Assembly (NCBI GenBank): GCA_964252035.1
Contig: OZ176207.1
Length of the DNA stretch: 64,000 nt
Strand: one strand, 5' to 3'
DNA from: Podarcis erhardii
Taxonomy: Eukaryota
Below, in pieces: positions 1-12,228 of the stretch; the first letter of the stretch is position 1, and every line of letters starts with the position of its first letter. A program made the position numbers and the translations under genes. The notes under the pieces were generated by a model. That model was not told where the DNA came from. It saw only the letters and a list, made by a program, of their open reading frames with translations, and made no database searches.

Positions 1-1509
1 TGTTGCTTTGTGGCGTTGTCTTGGTTTAGAATGCCAGCCAGCCAGCCATGCTCACTCCCAATCTACTCCATTACAATTCCTGTTATTTGTTTTCACCTCT
101 CTGGCTGGGGACTCATTGGCCTGTTTAATTCTAACCCCCTTCCCAAAGGTGGTGTTTTAGTCAGTTAGTCAGTTTTTGGTATGCAAAACCCTGAGTCCAC
201 CCCCCAAAAACCCTCCCTCTTCTGTATGGGTGGTGCCATTTTGGCTCCATGAATGGTCCACACTCAGTGTAAGTGTGCTATTCATGTGTGGCAAGGCTAA
301 GCAGCAAAGGGTGCTCCAGCAAGCTGTTGAACCATAGGCTCCTCATTCCTGAGAGAAAGGATTGAACCTTACCGCTTGCTTAAGAGGGCAACTGGCATGT
401 TAAGAGTTTGCAGGTTGCTTACCTTTTTTATGGTAGCAGAGCCAGGATCACTCTTTCCTCTTCCGAGTTCTCACACCCTGCATCCCCAACTGGATTGTGC
501 TCGCCCTTCCCCATGACTGGTTCCCAGCAAGGCTTAGGACTACCCTGTGTTCCTGCTTGCTGTCCTTTTCTGTCTGATGGGTTGCAAAGACAGCGGGCCC
601 AGGGGCTTGCCTCAGGCTTTCCTTCTTAGGGGAAACAGCTCCTACCACTTTAATGATAGCTTTCTACCTTACAGCTCTTCTCTCTCCCACCCCACACCCC
701 ACTTTGAAATTGCACATCATGCACAGCCATTTAAATTAGCTGAAGGCAGAGCTGAAATGATTCAATATTTTAGGGCCTTGCAGACAATTCATGGGTCTGT
801 TGGGCTTGTGGGCATTAGCACTGGTGCCCACTTCTGAACACCTATTAAGTATTATGTCTGCTATGAAGAGGGACCTTTAGCCACTGCCCACAAAGACAGA
901 ATTAGTACAGGGACATGGAACCTCCCACCCTCTGGATGTCACGGGATTAAACCTGCCATTGGCCATGCTGGCTGCCTCTGATTGGATATGGAGTTCAACA
1001 CCATCTGGAGGACCACAGCTTCCCCACCCCTCTCATAATACGTAAGTGCGGGTGGTGGTTGGATTCAGCCCTGGCCTTCACAGACTCTAGCTAAAAGTGC
1101 TCCCAAGAAAGAGCCCTTGGCATCATCTTGATGATGTGTCACTTGGCTTCTCTCTTTTCTTTCCTTCATCTCTCATTTTTACACACTTTCCTTTAATGGT
1201 GGCACTTCTCAGGCCAAAAATCAAGGGAGAGTATGTCTAATCGACTTATTAAAAGTAAACCTAAAGCAGCACTCAATGTGGCATAGTTTCCCTAAAATGT
1301 TGGCAGCTGGCTTTCATGGGGGGGGGAGGGATTTGAACTGAACCATACAAAAATATTAGACATGAACTTTGGAATGTTGGATGACAACATTGTTAATGTA
1401 TATGTTAAAGGGAACGCAAGCTGAGCAGTTGATGTACATGACAACCAGCCATTGTGCACATTCACCCAACCTCATGGACATGCACATTTGCGATCTGCAA
1501 TCATCATCT

Positions 1510-1797
1510 GAGGCCCTTTTTTGTGTGCCTCCTCCACAAGAGTTCCAGAATGTGGCAACACAAGAACAGGCCTTTACTGCAGTGGCCCCCCATTTGTGGA
1601 ATGCTCATCCCAGGCACCAGGCAAAAACATTTTTCTTCAACCAGGCCTTTGGCTGATTCTACAGCCTTTTAAATGTGTTTGGAGGAGTGGGCATTTTTGT
1701 TTTATTTTTATACTATCTCTGCTTATATTCTGAATTTTTATCTTGTGATCTTCCCTGAGATCTTCAGATGAAGGGCGGTATATGAATTTAATTAATA
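1510..1797 (+). mobile_element. Old LINE (L2-like) 3' end
   Basis: gtggccccccatttgtggaatgctc...gaagggcggtatatgaatttaattaat is a typical squamate L2 3' tail. Confidence 0.5.
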
Positions 1798-3482
1798 TAT
1801 GATTTGCTAGTCATTGCACACAATCCCTAACAGGTTGTTGGGAATGTGCATATATCGAGTGCATTTTGTATATTCCCCCAGGCAATCTGCACATTCTCCA
1901 GTCAGTATGCAGTCTCCAAGAAACATGCATACTGTTCTTGTTCAGAAATGTGCATTTGCACTCCCCAGACTGCTTCTGGCCCACAAAATATCCTTCCATT
2001 GATCAGCGAAGCAGCAGGAACATTCTAGTTTCTATACCACTCTACCCTAGACTTCAGTAAGAGCGATCGTGAACACTGCATGTTTATAGAGGGGACCATA
2101 ACAAGAACAGCCAGGTACACAAATACAGTAAGACAGTATCTCTGCAGTTAAAACGGCTGGGAAAGCCATCAGTCCCGATTCCCAGCTGCTCAGCTACAGC
2201 CACAGTTCACACCTCGTTTCCCAACCTGAGTGCATATGCAGCAATGGCAGCCATTAATCTCTTGGCAACATTTTCCACACAGAAAGTGACAGCTCTTGCT
2301 GGCACAAAGCCAAGGGAAGGCCTACATACAAATATGCTTTATTTACAACCCTTAAGCATAAATAGAGATCAGTCTCCTATCACCTCTTGCAAAAGCAACC
2401 TTGCACCTACTTCCAGACTGCATAAGACTCAAAGCATGCTACCACCTTCGAACTCTATGTAAAGTCATCAACTGGAAACATGCATCAGGACATAGGAACA
2501 TGCTAAATGATTTGGGTGGAGATTGTTAGCAAGGAAATGTTGGCAAACATCCTGCTGCAACTGTACATCTGCACTTCTGCTTCTGTACATCTTTCCATAT
2601 GTATCACTAACTAAGGACATGGGAGAAATTAGATTCAGTTCACATTTGAAGACGAGTTTTTCCAATTGGCACTTCCCAAAACAATATGCGGACAGCAACA
2701 CACCTATCCCTTGAAACTCACACTTCTCTGAATTTTGCAGTTCAGTTCTCCAGCTGAATCATGTTTAAAAATGCATATATTAGGGGGAAAGTGTGCACAA
2801 AGATAACTATATTCACAAAAATAACATATTAAAATGCATTATATTGGAGAAAATGGCTTGCAAAATTGTGTCGTCAAAACTACATGGAAAGATTGAGCAG
2901 AAAATTGCACTAAAATCCATCAGGTTTTTTTAATTAAAAAAAATAAACAAATTGCTAATTCCTGCAGGAATGTGGAAAACTGGGTATAAGATGGGAAAAA
3001 TAAGAAATAGAGAGAACCAAAATTGGACAGATCCTTCCATCTCTGTTCACTACTTTTCTGGATGCTTTCTATTCTCAGTGTGTTGCACAGTGTTTCCCCA
3101 ACACAGCAGGAGGCAGAGTGAAACAGAGGCAAGCGAGAAAAAGGTCCCCATCCTCTTCCAACTGAGGTTGGTAACACCTAGGAAGGATACCACCCCACAT
3201 CCCTCTATGCTGCTTTTTAAGAGCTTGCGGCCCACAGATGCCTTGCTAGCCACTATCACATCCATGATAGCAAACATTCACATTGTATACCAACATTCCT
3301 CTAGCATACAAGGACACCTATAAATATGAGTCTAATCAAGATTGCAGAAGTATGTTTATGTCACTAGGGTAGGAGGGAATCTAGTTTTTTCTCATTGCTT
3401 ATCTAGGTAGCTGGCTACATACAGAGCTACTTGGAAAAAACTTACATCATGTGATGGCCCATCTAATGCCCAATTATATGTA

Positions 3483-3664
3483 CTGTGGTACTTCCGGTTG
3501 TGCATGGGATCCATTCTGGAGCTCCAGTTGGATCCTGAGGAGTTCGCAACTGGAGGTGCCGCTTCTGCGCATTTAGCGAAACCTGGAAAAATACTTCTAG
3601 GTTTGCCGCATTCACATCCTGAAGGATACGCAACCAGAGATGTACGTATCCAGAGGTACCACTG
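3483..3664. mobile_element. Tc1/mariner (Tigger-like) MITE
   Basis: TA|CTGTGGTACTTC...GAGGTACCACTG|TA: terminal inverted repeats with TA duplication. Confidence 0.8.
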
Positions 3665-5070
3665 TAGTATCCTTTCTTCACAAATTCCTTACAGCTATGG
3701 AGAATCTTTGTTGCTGAACTCCAATTCCCATCATCCCCAGCAAGCTTGGCCAATGGCCCAGGGATGATAGGACTTGTAGTCAACAATAAATGGCCCCCCA
3801 ACCCTTGCCATAATAGGTCATTATCAGCCCCATTTTACAGACTAGAAGAGCGAGTGGGACCGCGATTTGCCAGTGACCATGGCAGAGTCATGTGCACGTT
3901 AACTACAATAGCTGCGCTGTGTTCTCACAGCTGAATTTGCTTGGCGAGGCTCAGCCCCTCAAAGCTCTAGCAGAGCAGTGCTCTCGCACAACCCAGAGTG
4001 TGCAAATTAAAATGTGCTCCCACAGAAGAATCATTAACTTTGTGTCGTTAGGGACCTGAGGGAGATAGGAAAAGATTTTTGCTGGTGGCAAAGTTTCCAG
4101 CGTTAGCTAATGAATGTTTATAAAGTACTTTGCATATATAGTACCTTTTATCAGAGGATCTCCAAGTATTAGATTTATCTAGGAGGCCTCAGGCCTAGGC
4201 ACACTCTCACACAAGCTGCACACAGCCAAGGTGGTTCACACCGGGTTTTAAATTTTGATCACATCTTTGTATTATATGCAAAGGACATTTCGTTGTAGTT
4301 GAGAGGCAAGCCGTACTAACAGGACCAAAAAAAATGGAACAAAAGCATTTTGCCAAGGAAGTGAAAGGAAGAGGAAGCGAGTGATAAGTGGCTGTATCAG
4401 GTGTGCTGATAGCTGGAGCAGAGGGTCAGATAGCATAGGAATGCTGAAGCTCCTCTTTCCCCTAAAGCTCTTCTTTGCCAAAGGGGAGGAGAGCAACACA
4501 CCTGATTTGTCCTTCAAATAGTCACACGTTGCAGACTCGGCTGCTGCCTTGCAGACTAGCAAGTCAGGCATTTCTTTCCCAATGACCCTTTGTAATGGCA
4601 GAGATGCAGTGCTCTCTGTTCTAGAGTCAATATGCTGCTACATTAAAGAACCATCAGCAGGGAATGCAGAAACAAGAAGATGGAAGGCAGAAACACCCTG
4701 CAGGATTAATGCTGGAAGGTTCCAGCAAAACAGAATCACCGGCAGCTACAGAATTCAGTTTTAAAGGGCCATGCCTTACTGCCTCCAACTGTGAATGCAG
4801 AACACAGCCATCTTGGCTAGTAGCCATTGGTTTGGGGAATATGCTTCTGTGCTTCTTTAACTTTGATATTACTGTGGCCTCAATTTAGGGCTAAGACATT
4901 TGGTTAAAACAAATTGGTTATATAAATTTTAATATGCCAATAGTGTGTATTACTAGCTTTATTCTACGTGTGACTTTTGAGGGCCAAACATGATTTTTGT
5001 TTTATTGTTTAAACACCTTCATCCTTAAAAAGAAAGAAAAACAGAAATCCTAAGGCAGCTTTCAGCCTGT

Positions 5071-5114
5071 TAAACTAAACTAAACTAAACTAAACTAAAC
5101 TAAACTAAACTAAA
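5071..5114 (+). repeat. (TAAAC)8 microsatellite
   Basis: Direct read. Confidence 0.95.
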
Positions 5115-5762
5115 ATGCATCCCTTATCTCGGATGTCATTAGTGAGGAAGCCACCATGTTCCTTTATGAAAATCCCCCATAAAACAGTAGTTTGACCACA
5201 AGTTGTGCAGAAATGTAATAAGACTTGAAACACTTAGCATTTCCTCATGACATATCATACACAAAATGGTAAAAATATAAATAAATGCAACTGCATGTGG
5301 GACAGCAGCGAGGATGATCAGTTTGGATGTGGGAAACCCAGGTTCCGTTCAGACCACATAGAACCTAAGCTAAGCTACTTTACAAGACAGAGAGTGGCTG
5401 AAAAACTAAGAGGCAGCTCAGAGCTCCTGGAGGACAGGCAGAATTACAAGCTAAGAAAAATAAAGCTCCCAGAACGAGGACTAGCTTGGCATGCTTACAT
5501 TCTGCAAGCTGCCTCTGGGTGTTCTTTGCCTTTGTGCTTCTCATTCGGGTAATAAGCAGTCTTTATACAAATGCTTGTCCCCTTCCAGGCCAAGATATCA
5601 GCACCTCAGCTGTACCTTACCTGTGACAGAGGAAAAGTGGCACACGAGTGACACTTCTGCTGGTCCCCTTCCTTTACAGCATCCAGAATCTTGGAGGAAG
5701 CAGATGCTGAAGTCTTGTGTCATAGGCTGCTACAAGAAACCTGGCTGGGAATGAGCTACTAC

Positions 5763-6169
5763 CAGGGCCGTCTTAAGCATATCCGGCGCCGTGATGCAAA
5801 GATCTCTCCGGTGCCCAGAGTTGATCTTTTTTTTTTAGGGCTGGAGGAGGCAGGCAGTGGCTGGAGGGCAGCTTCTCTGGCAGGGAAGAGGCAGAGGCTG
5901 GATGCAGCGCCTCCTGGCATCACACCAAGCGAGTGGCCTGCGCTGAGCGAGTGAGCAAGGGCACGTGCGCTGCTCTCGCCAAGCGTCAGCTCAATTTTTT
6001 CCCTTTTAGCCTTCTGGCGCCCTGCAGAATTCGGCACCTGCAGGCTAAAAGGGAAAAAACCGAGCCGACACTCGCTCATTCGGTGTTCCCCGGACTCTCG
6101 CCTGGCGTCCTCCAGAACTTGGTGTCCTGGCACCCCGCACCACTAGCCTCAATGGGTAAGACGGGCTTG
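5763..6169. mobile_element. Non-autonomous hAT-type DNA transposon
   Basis: TIRs CAGGGCCGTCTTA / TAAGACGGGCTTG, 8-bp TSD gctactac/gctattac, CpG-rich interior. Confidence 0.8.
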
Positions 6170-9100
6170 GCTATTACACTATTAACCTTGCCACTGTCAA
6201 AGCCCAGCTGCTGGTGATTTCCAAGGCAAAGGCAAGTAAGGAATGCTTTGCATAATGACTAGGGCCTAGTAATGCTTGTGCATTGGAAGAAACTCCATTT
6301 TGGAGAGGCATGGTGCACCCCACATTGCGATCTGTATTTTTGAGCTTATTCTGCACTCCTCAATCCCAAGATTCCTCTTCAAAGGTCACCTCAATGTCTA
6401 CAACAGATCTCAGTAGCTTTAGCTGTTTTCCCACATGAGTTCCCCAGATGAACCCCCTTTGTACATTTTTCCAGCTAAGATACTACCTCGGCTGTCTTCA
6501 TCTCCTACTAGTGGGTAGGATTGCCTTGCTTGTAAGGGGATTTTCAAACCTCTTTCTTGAGTTAACCAGGGTTGGGGACCAGTCCTCAACTAGGAACACC
6601 AGGTTTTTACTATAGTTTCAGTAGCATCAGAAGTATTTAAATGTTCCACTCAGCTCCACTCAAAGAGCTTTCCACAAGTCTGAGGAGGAGAGAAAAAAAT
6701 AATATTTGACTTGGAATTTGAAGCAGCCACTTCCAAGTTTGGTAGCAATATGCCACTTCTTCCTAAGGGACAGGTTTATAGAGTCCCCAAGGGCTTCACA
6801 TAAAAAATTTTAAAAAATCTGCAGCAATAGTTGTTTTCGGATATCCATCATTGGGTATCCTCAGGCAATGAAAACACCAAGATGTTTTGCAGAAGAAGAA
6901 AGGTCACAGGAATCAGAAAACAAGTCCCTTTAAATAGGATTTTATGCATTCAGAGCTATTCCTGCACAAACCTAGTACCATATTTAGGACAAAGGTTGCA
7001 AGCCTACACATATAATTTGCTCATTCATTCATACTTTGCCTTTCCCACCTGTAAAGAAGGGCTCAAAGTGGTTCACAGAAAGCATAGATTTAATGAGCAA
7101 CCTATTTTTAAAAAAATACAAAAGCAGGTGAGAGAAATAGAAACATACTAGGGAGCACATCCTATTGAGCACTGGGATTTTCTGAGTAAACAGGCATAGG
7201 ATTCTGCTGCAACTATTAAACTTGGGCATGAACAAATTAAGCTGACACCACAAAATGGTTGATTCAAAGGGCCAAGTGTAGGATCTTCCAAGTTCATCCA
7301 GCTGCTCTCCCATTAAAGAAACAAATCTCAGCTGCTGGACTATCAAATCCTAGATGCAAGCTCATTTTCTCATCTAACAGTTCCCTTTTCAAAACTTGTT
7401 TTATACCTACACCTAATGGATTTGTAGGAGCTCCTAACATTAAGAAATGCTAGCTGACCGCAGGACCAATCCTCTGGCTATAGCAAGGAACCCGTAATAA
7501 CAATGTCAGCTAATAAAGAGATTTTGGGAATCTTTGTAGTCATCCCATTCAGACCTGAGCAAATCAAGTCCCAGGACCTCCAAATGAAAGTTACTGTTGT
7601 TATTGGAGGTAAGTTTATCTGCTTAAATTGCAGCATCAAGGAGTAAAGTAGTTATCCCTATCTGAACAACCTGTCAGTCCACAATTTAAAAGGTTTGATA
7701 ATTAACAAAGTTACCACCAGGAAAGGACTTGGACCAAGCCCAAGCATAAGCAGTGGAAACAACTGGTGTTTTGAGATACACCTCTGACCCAACATGATTG
7801 GTTTCCTTCAATATCTGGTAGTTAAGCTACATTAAAATCAGAGGCACAGAGGCTTTTTGCACTGGTGGTACCAGTGTTGTGGAATGTCCTCCTTGCAGAA
7901 ATACAGGCGGCCTTATTGGCAGGGCATTTTTCTGAATCTTGAAGACATACCTGTTTCGATAAACATTCCCCTGAACTTGAACATTCTGATCTTGTTTTAA
8001 CCCCTATACTTTTAGCAGGTTTGTTTCACTGTATATTTTAAATTGTGGGTGCCTTTAATGCTTTGATGGAACTGTATCCATATGTAATTTAAATACGGTC
8101 CCATCAAAACATTAAGAACACTCACAAGAAGAATTTAAACAACTAGATCAGAATCTTCATATTCAGGGGAATGACATCCCTAGGAGAACAGAGTTGTGAG
8201 TCAAGAAAAATTTGGAGGATCGCTGATTCCCCGTCCCTGGCATAAGGGATTACCTACTCACAAAGAACAACTGGAAGGTTAGAAGAGCCAATTGTGCAGA
8301 GCTGCAGCAAGTAGTCTTTGTCAGTGAGTACCTTCAGGGCTCACAGGGCACAATTTCACACAGCACACTTGCCAACCTCTATTGCAATGTTTGGGGATTA
8401 CTGGCTTGGCTTACGATGTGATAAGGTGACGGAAGACGTGCGTAATTCCTCCTTTCTCCTGGGCTTCCATGGGAGGAAGGCTATGATATACACTGGTTCT
8501 CATTAATAACAACAAATCAAACTAGATGTGTGGGGCAGTCATATAAGTTCACAAATGGCAACACTCATCTACCCTTATCTTATGGTGTTCTGCTGCTTTC
8601 AAGCCATTTTTCTGCAGCTCAGTTCCAATACCAAAGGTGAGCTAGGTAATGAGATAATTGCATAAAGCCCTTACAGGTCTAGTTTGAGGGCACATGGTGC
8701 AGTTACCTTGCAGAAGCTAAGCAGGTCTGAGTCTGGTCAGGGCCTGGATGAGAGACTGCCTGGGGGAGAGGGAGTTCCTTGATGAGAGGCAGGATATAAA
8801 TGTAATTAAATGGGATGGGGGAGAGGGAAGAAAGGCCGGTTTCACTTCTCACACATGCACTTTTGAGGAAAAAGACCCCAACTCCTACCTTACATGTGAA
8901 CAGTGCAGACAAAAATGCTTTAACACAAGCTATATGCAAATATTGAGCTATATTCTTGAAGTATTCTCTGCTATTGCGGACATTCTGCTTTGATGTGCTG
9001 ACAGCTAGCTCTTCATGACAACAGTGCTGGATGCAATAATGCCATCTCTGATGTTTGATGGAGTAAATACTCGTTAACATTTTTAATAAAATAGTTATTT

Positions 9101-9177
9101 TAATGCAGTATTTAAAATAATTTTAAACATCTGTCAGCAAGACTGAATACACAACCAGGGAAATGCTGTACTTTACA

Positions 9178-10597
9178 TAAATAGTAAAGCTATGCATTTT
9201 ATTATACAATTATCTTTCTTCTTCTGTCTGCCTTATCCCACCAGTATCTTGCTGACATTTTACACACACAAATAATTCACTATGTAGGTTTAACTAACTT
9301 AGTTCAGTTTTTCTAACAGAGAAACTAACTAGATTAGAGCCTCTCAACATTCTGCAGTAGTCCTGGTGTCTTAAGTTAGACGGTTTCCCCAATTTGTAAG
9401 GTGGCATACCCAAAAGCTTTGAAAGCCTTTGAAAATAAAGACTTTAATGGTAAAGACATTCAGCTGCTATCTCTTACCCATCCCAGTATACACCCAATGT
9501 TATACATTATGTGCACAGGGTAGTGCAGAATTTGTAGAAAAGTGCAAAAGGTGTCTTCATATGGCTCTCCACAACCAACTTCTTCTGGAGTGATTCACAG
9601 CAGGCAAACCGGCAGGCTCTCTTTAAAGTCCACCAGAACTATCACTTCAGCTCCTTGCAGAGTTTTGTGCTCTCCCACGAAATGCCACAGCAGAATTTTT
9701 CTCCCTATTAATCGGATTTCGGAATCGCATCCAAACTTCCAGTTTAAGATCAAATCCCTGATAACTGTACATCTGCTCTTTGATTCCCATAATGTAGGAA
9801 GCAGGAGATCAAATAATTATATTCTATACTTTACATAAAGCAGTGTTCCACACTGCAAGAGCTTCCAAGATAGTTCCCTGCTTTAAAGTCTGCACAGATG
9901 CAAAACCAAACGCATCCAAAGTCATTGTTATGCTGGAAATGGAATGGAAAGGGCAATCGGCCTGTGTTAAGTGTTCCACTAGATTTGCCTTTTAGATTTC
10001 GGCAACTACATTTCCAAAAGCTGCTCGCCCGAACTCTTACAGTTCCAGCTTGCTTCATCTGTCCAGTAGTACTGGCAGCACAAGCCATGCCACTGGGAAG
10101 TCCCCCTTTCTTTGGAGGCAATAGATTGCAGATCTCACTTTGGCACTTCTTTGGCTTGCTCCCAAGTGGTTTCTCTTCCAGCTAGCTATAGCAAACTCTA
10201 AAAACTAGGACAGCTAGCGAGGTTGAATCCTGTAGGCAACACGCTAGCAAGCTGCTTGTCTGCTGGTTTGTGATTAAATACATTCGTCATACCACCCTTC
10301 CCCAACTGCAGCATTACAAGGCACAATATTCATGGGATAATATTGCAGATTGAAATACTGACACAAGTGTCGCTTATACTGAACTTTGCAGGCTCCTGAA
10401 GCCTTCTGTCTCCAGTGCATTCAGGCAGCATACATGTTTCTAGTAACCACCCAGTAGACTGTTCTAGGTGGTTCCCTTCGTTTAAGAAAAAAGGAAAAGG
10501 AAACAGGTGATCACTGTAAACCAAGGTTTCAAGATAGTGCAAACAGGTGTTCTTTGGCAACAAATGCCGGCAAGCCCAAACACAAACTGCCTAGCCG
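9178..10597 (-). other. TAF4B: Probable TAF4B 3' UTR (~1.4 kb)
   Basis: Follows the stop codon and has no obvious TE sequence. AATAAA on the minus strand at 9203-9198 is followed by a GT-rich tract. The endpoint is inferred. Confidence 0.5.
9198..9203 (-). terminator. Candidate polyadenylation signal AATAAA for TAF4B
   Basis: Plus-strand tttatt at 9198-9203, with a downstream minus-strand ggttgtgtatt element. Confidence 0.45.
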
Positions 10598-10741
10598 TTA
10601 CTTCAGAAGAGCTCGGTACAAGGCTAGAGAGTGCTTCAGCTCTTTTTCTTGTTCCATACAGAATATCAAGTCCCTGAGGCAGATGCGTGTTATTCGTGGA
10701 TGAAGATTTGGTTTTGCAAGGCTGGGTGATCTGTTTAAGCC
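10598..10741 (-). CDS. TAF4B: TAF4B exon 15 coding part (GLNRSPSLAKPNLHPRITRICLRDLIFCMEQEKELKHSLALYRALLK*)
   Basis: Conserved C-terminal domain RITRICLRDLIFCMEQE (TAF4B type; TAF4 has RITRVNLRDLIFCLE). Acceptor cctgttctag|GGC, stop TAA at 10600-10598. Confidence 0.96.
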   Translation of the reverse strand, partial: GLNRSPSLAKPNLHPRITRICLRDLIFCMEQEKELKHSLALYRALLK

Positions 10742-11270
10742 CTAGAACAGGAGAAAGGAGAGAAAAGGTGAGTAGTCATTAAAAATAAATAAAACTCACT
10801 GTACAACGTAAGTGCAACTCCAATAGGATCTTATACTGCATGAGCTTCACCCCTTATTATTTGCCCTAACTTTAGAGGTCTCCCATGCAAGTGATTGCTC
10901 GACGGGGCACAGCTGTCTTTGCAGGAAACACATGCAATTCAGTATGCTGAGACCCGTTTCTCAAAGAACTGTGTTCAGAGTCTTCAGGAAAAAATAGGAT
11001 AAAGCTCTTAAATGGCCTCGTCCTGAATATCTGAAAGGAGACCTCAAAAAACTCCACCCCAGCCTTAAGATCTATTGGAGAGGTCCCATTATCAATACCC
11101 AGATGTTTAAAGTGTGACAGCCCATGTGCTGCTCCTCCATGGTAGCATGTGGAACTTTCCTAGGGGTCATGGGGTAGCCAGAAACTCTTTCACTTTTAGG
11201 AGAACAGCAAACACCTTCTTAGGCTTCATGTCAAGCTATCTCACACTGCTTTTAAAACTGACCATATAAC

Positions 11271-12228
11271 TGTGGGGTGCCACAGGGTTCTGTCTTGGGC
11301 CCGGTCTTATTCAACATCTTTATCAACGACTTGGATGATGGACTCAAGGGCATCCTGATCAAATTTGCAGATGACACCAAACTGGGAGGGGTGGCTAACA
11401 CCCCAGAGGACAGGATCACACTTCAAAATGACCTTGACAGATTAGAGAACTGGGCCAAAACAAACAAGATGAATTTTAACAGGGAGAAATGTAAAGTATT
11501 GCACTTGGGCAAAAAAAATGAGAGGCACAAATACAAGATGGGTGACACCTGGCTTGAGAGCAGTACATGTGAAAAGGATCTAGGAGTCTTGGTTGACCAC
11601 AAACTTGACATGAGCCAACAGTGTGACGCGGCAGCTAAAAAAGCCAATGCAATTCTGGGCTGCATCAATAGGAGTATAGCATCTAGATCAAGGGAAGTAA
11701 TAGTGCCACTGTATTCTGCTCTGGTCAGACCTCACCAGTTCTGGGCACCACAGTTCAAGAAGGACACTGACAAACTGGAACGTGTCCAGAGGAGGGCAAG
11801 CTAAATGGTCAAAGGCCTGGAAACGATGCCTTATGAGGAACGGCTAAGGGAGCTGGGCATGTTTAGCCTGGAGAAGAGGAGGTTAAGGGGTGATATGATA
11901 GCCATGTTCAAATATATAAAAGGATGTCACATAGAGGAGGGAGAAAGGTTGTTTTCTGCTGCTCCAGAGAAGCGGACACGGAGCAATGGATCCAAACTAC
12001 AAGAAAGAAGATTCCACCTAAACATTAGGAAGAACTTCCTGACAGTAAGAGCTGTTCGACAGTGGAATTTGCTGCCAAGGAGTGTGGTGGAGTCTCCTTC
12101 TTTGGAGGTCTTTAAGCAGAGGCTTGACAACCATATGTCAGGAGTGCTCTGATGGTGTTTCCTGCTTGGCAGGGGGTTGGACTCGATGGCCCTTGTGGTC
12201 TCTTCCAACTCTATGATTCTATGATTCT
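11271..12228 (+). mobile_element. 5'-truncated CR1 LINE (RT end of ORF2 plus 3' UTR)
   Basis: [18 protein letters not shown]...[10 protein letters not shown] reverse-transcriptase motifs. In-frame TAA at 11802-11804 and a missing LEYCV segment. Ends in the CR1 tail ctatgattctatgattct. Confidence 0.95.

Noticed and set aside
1-9000. Expected synteny neighbours (KCTD1 3' end here; PSMA8 beyond 57 kb)
   Set aside because: I could not find their exons by eye on either strand; they probably lie outside the window.
11277-12152. 175-aa and 115-aa ORFs with reverse-transcriptase motifs as a host gene or active element
   Set aside because: 5'-truncated CR1 copy with a nonsense codon and an internal deletion.
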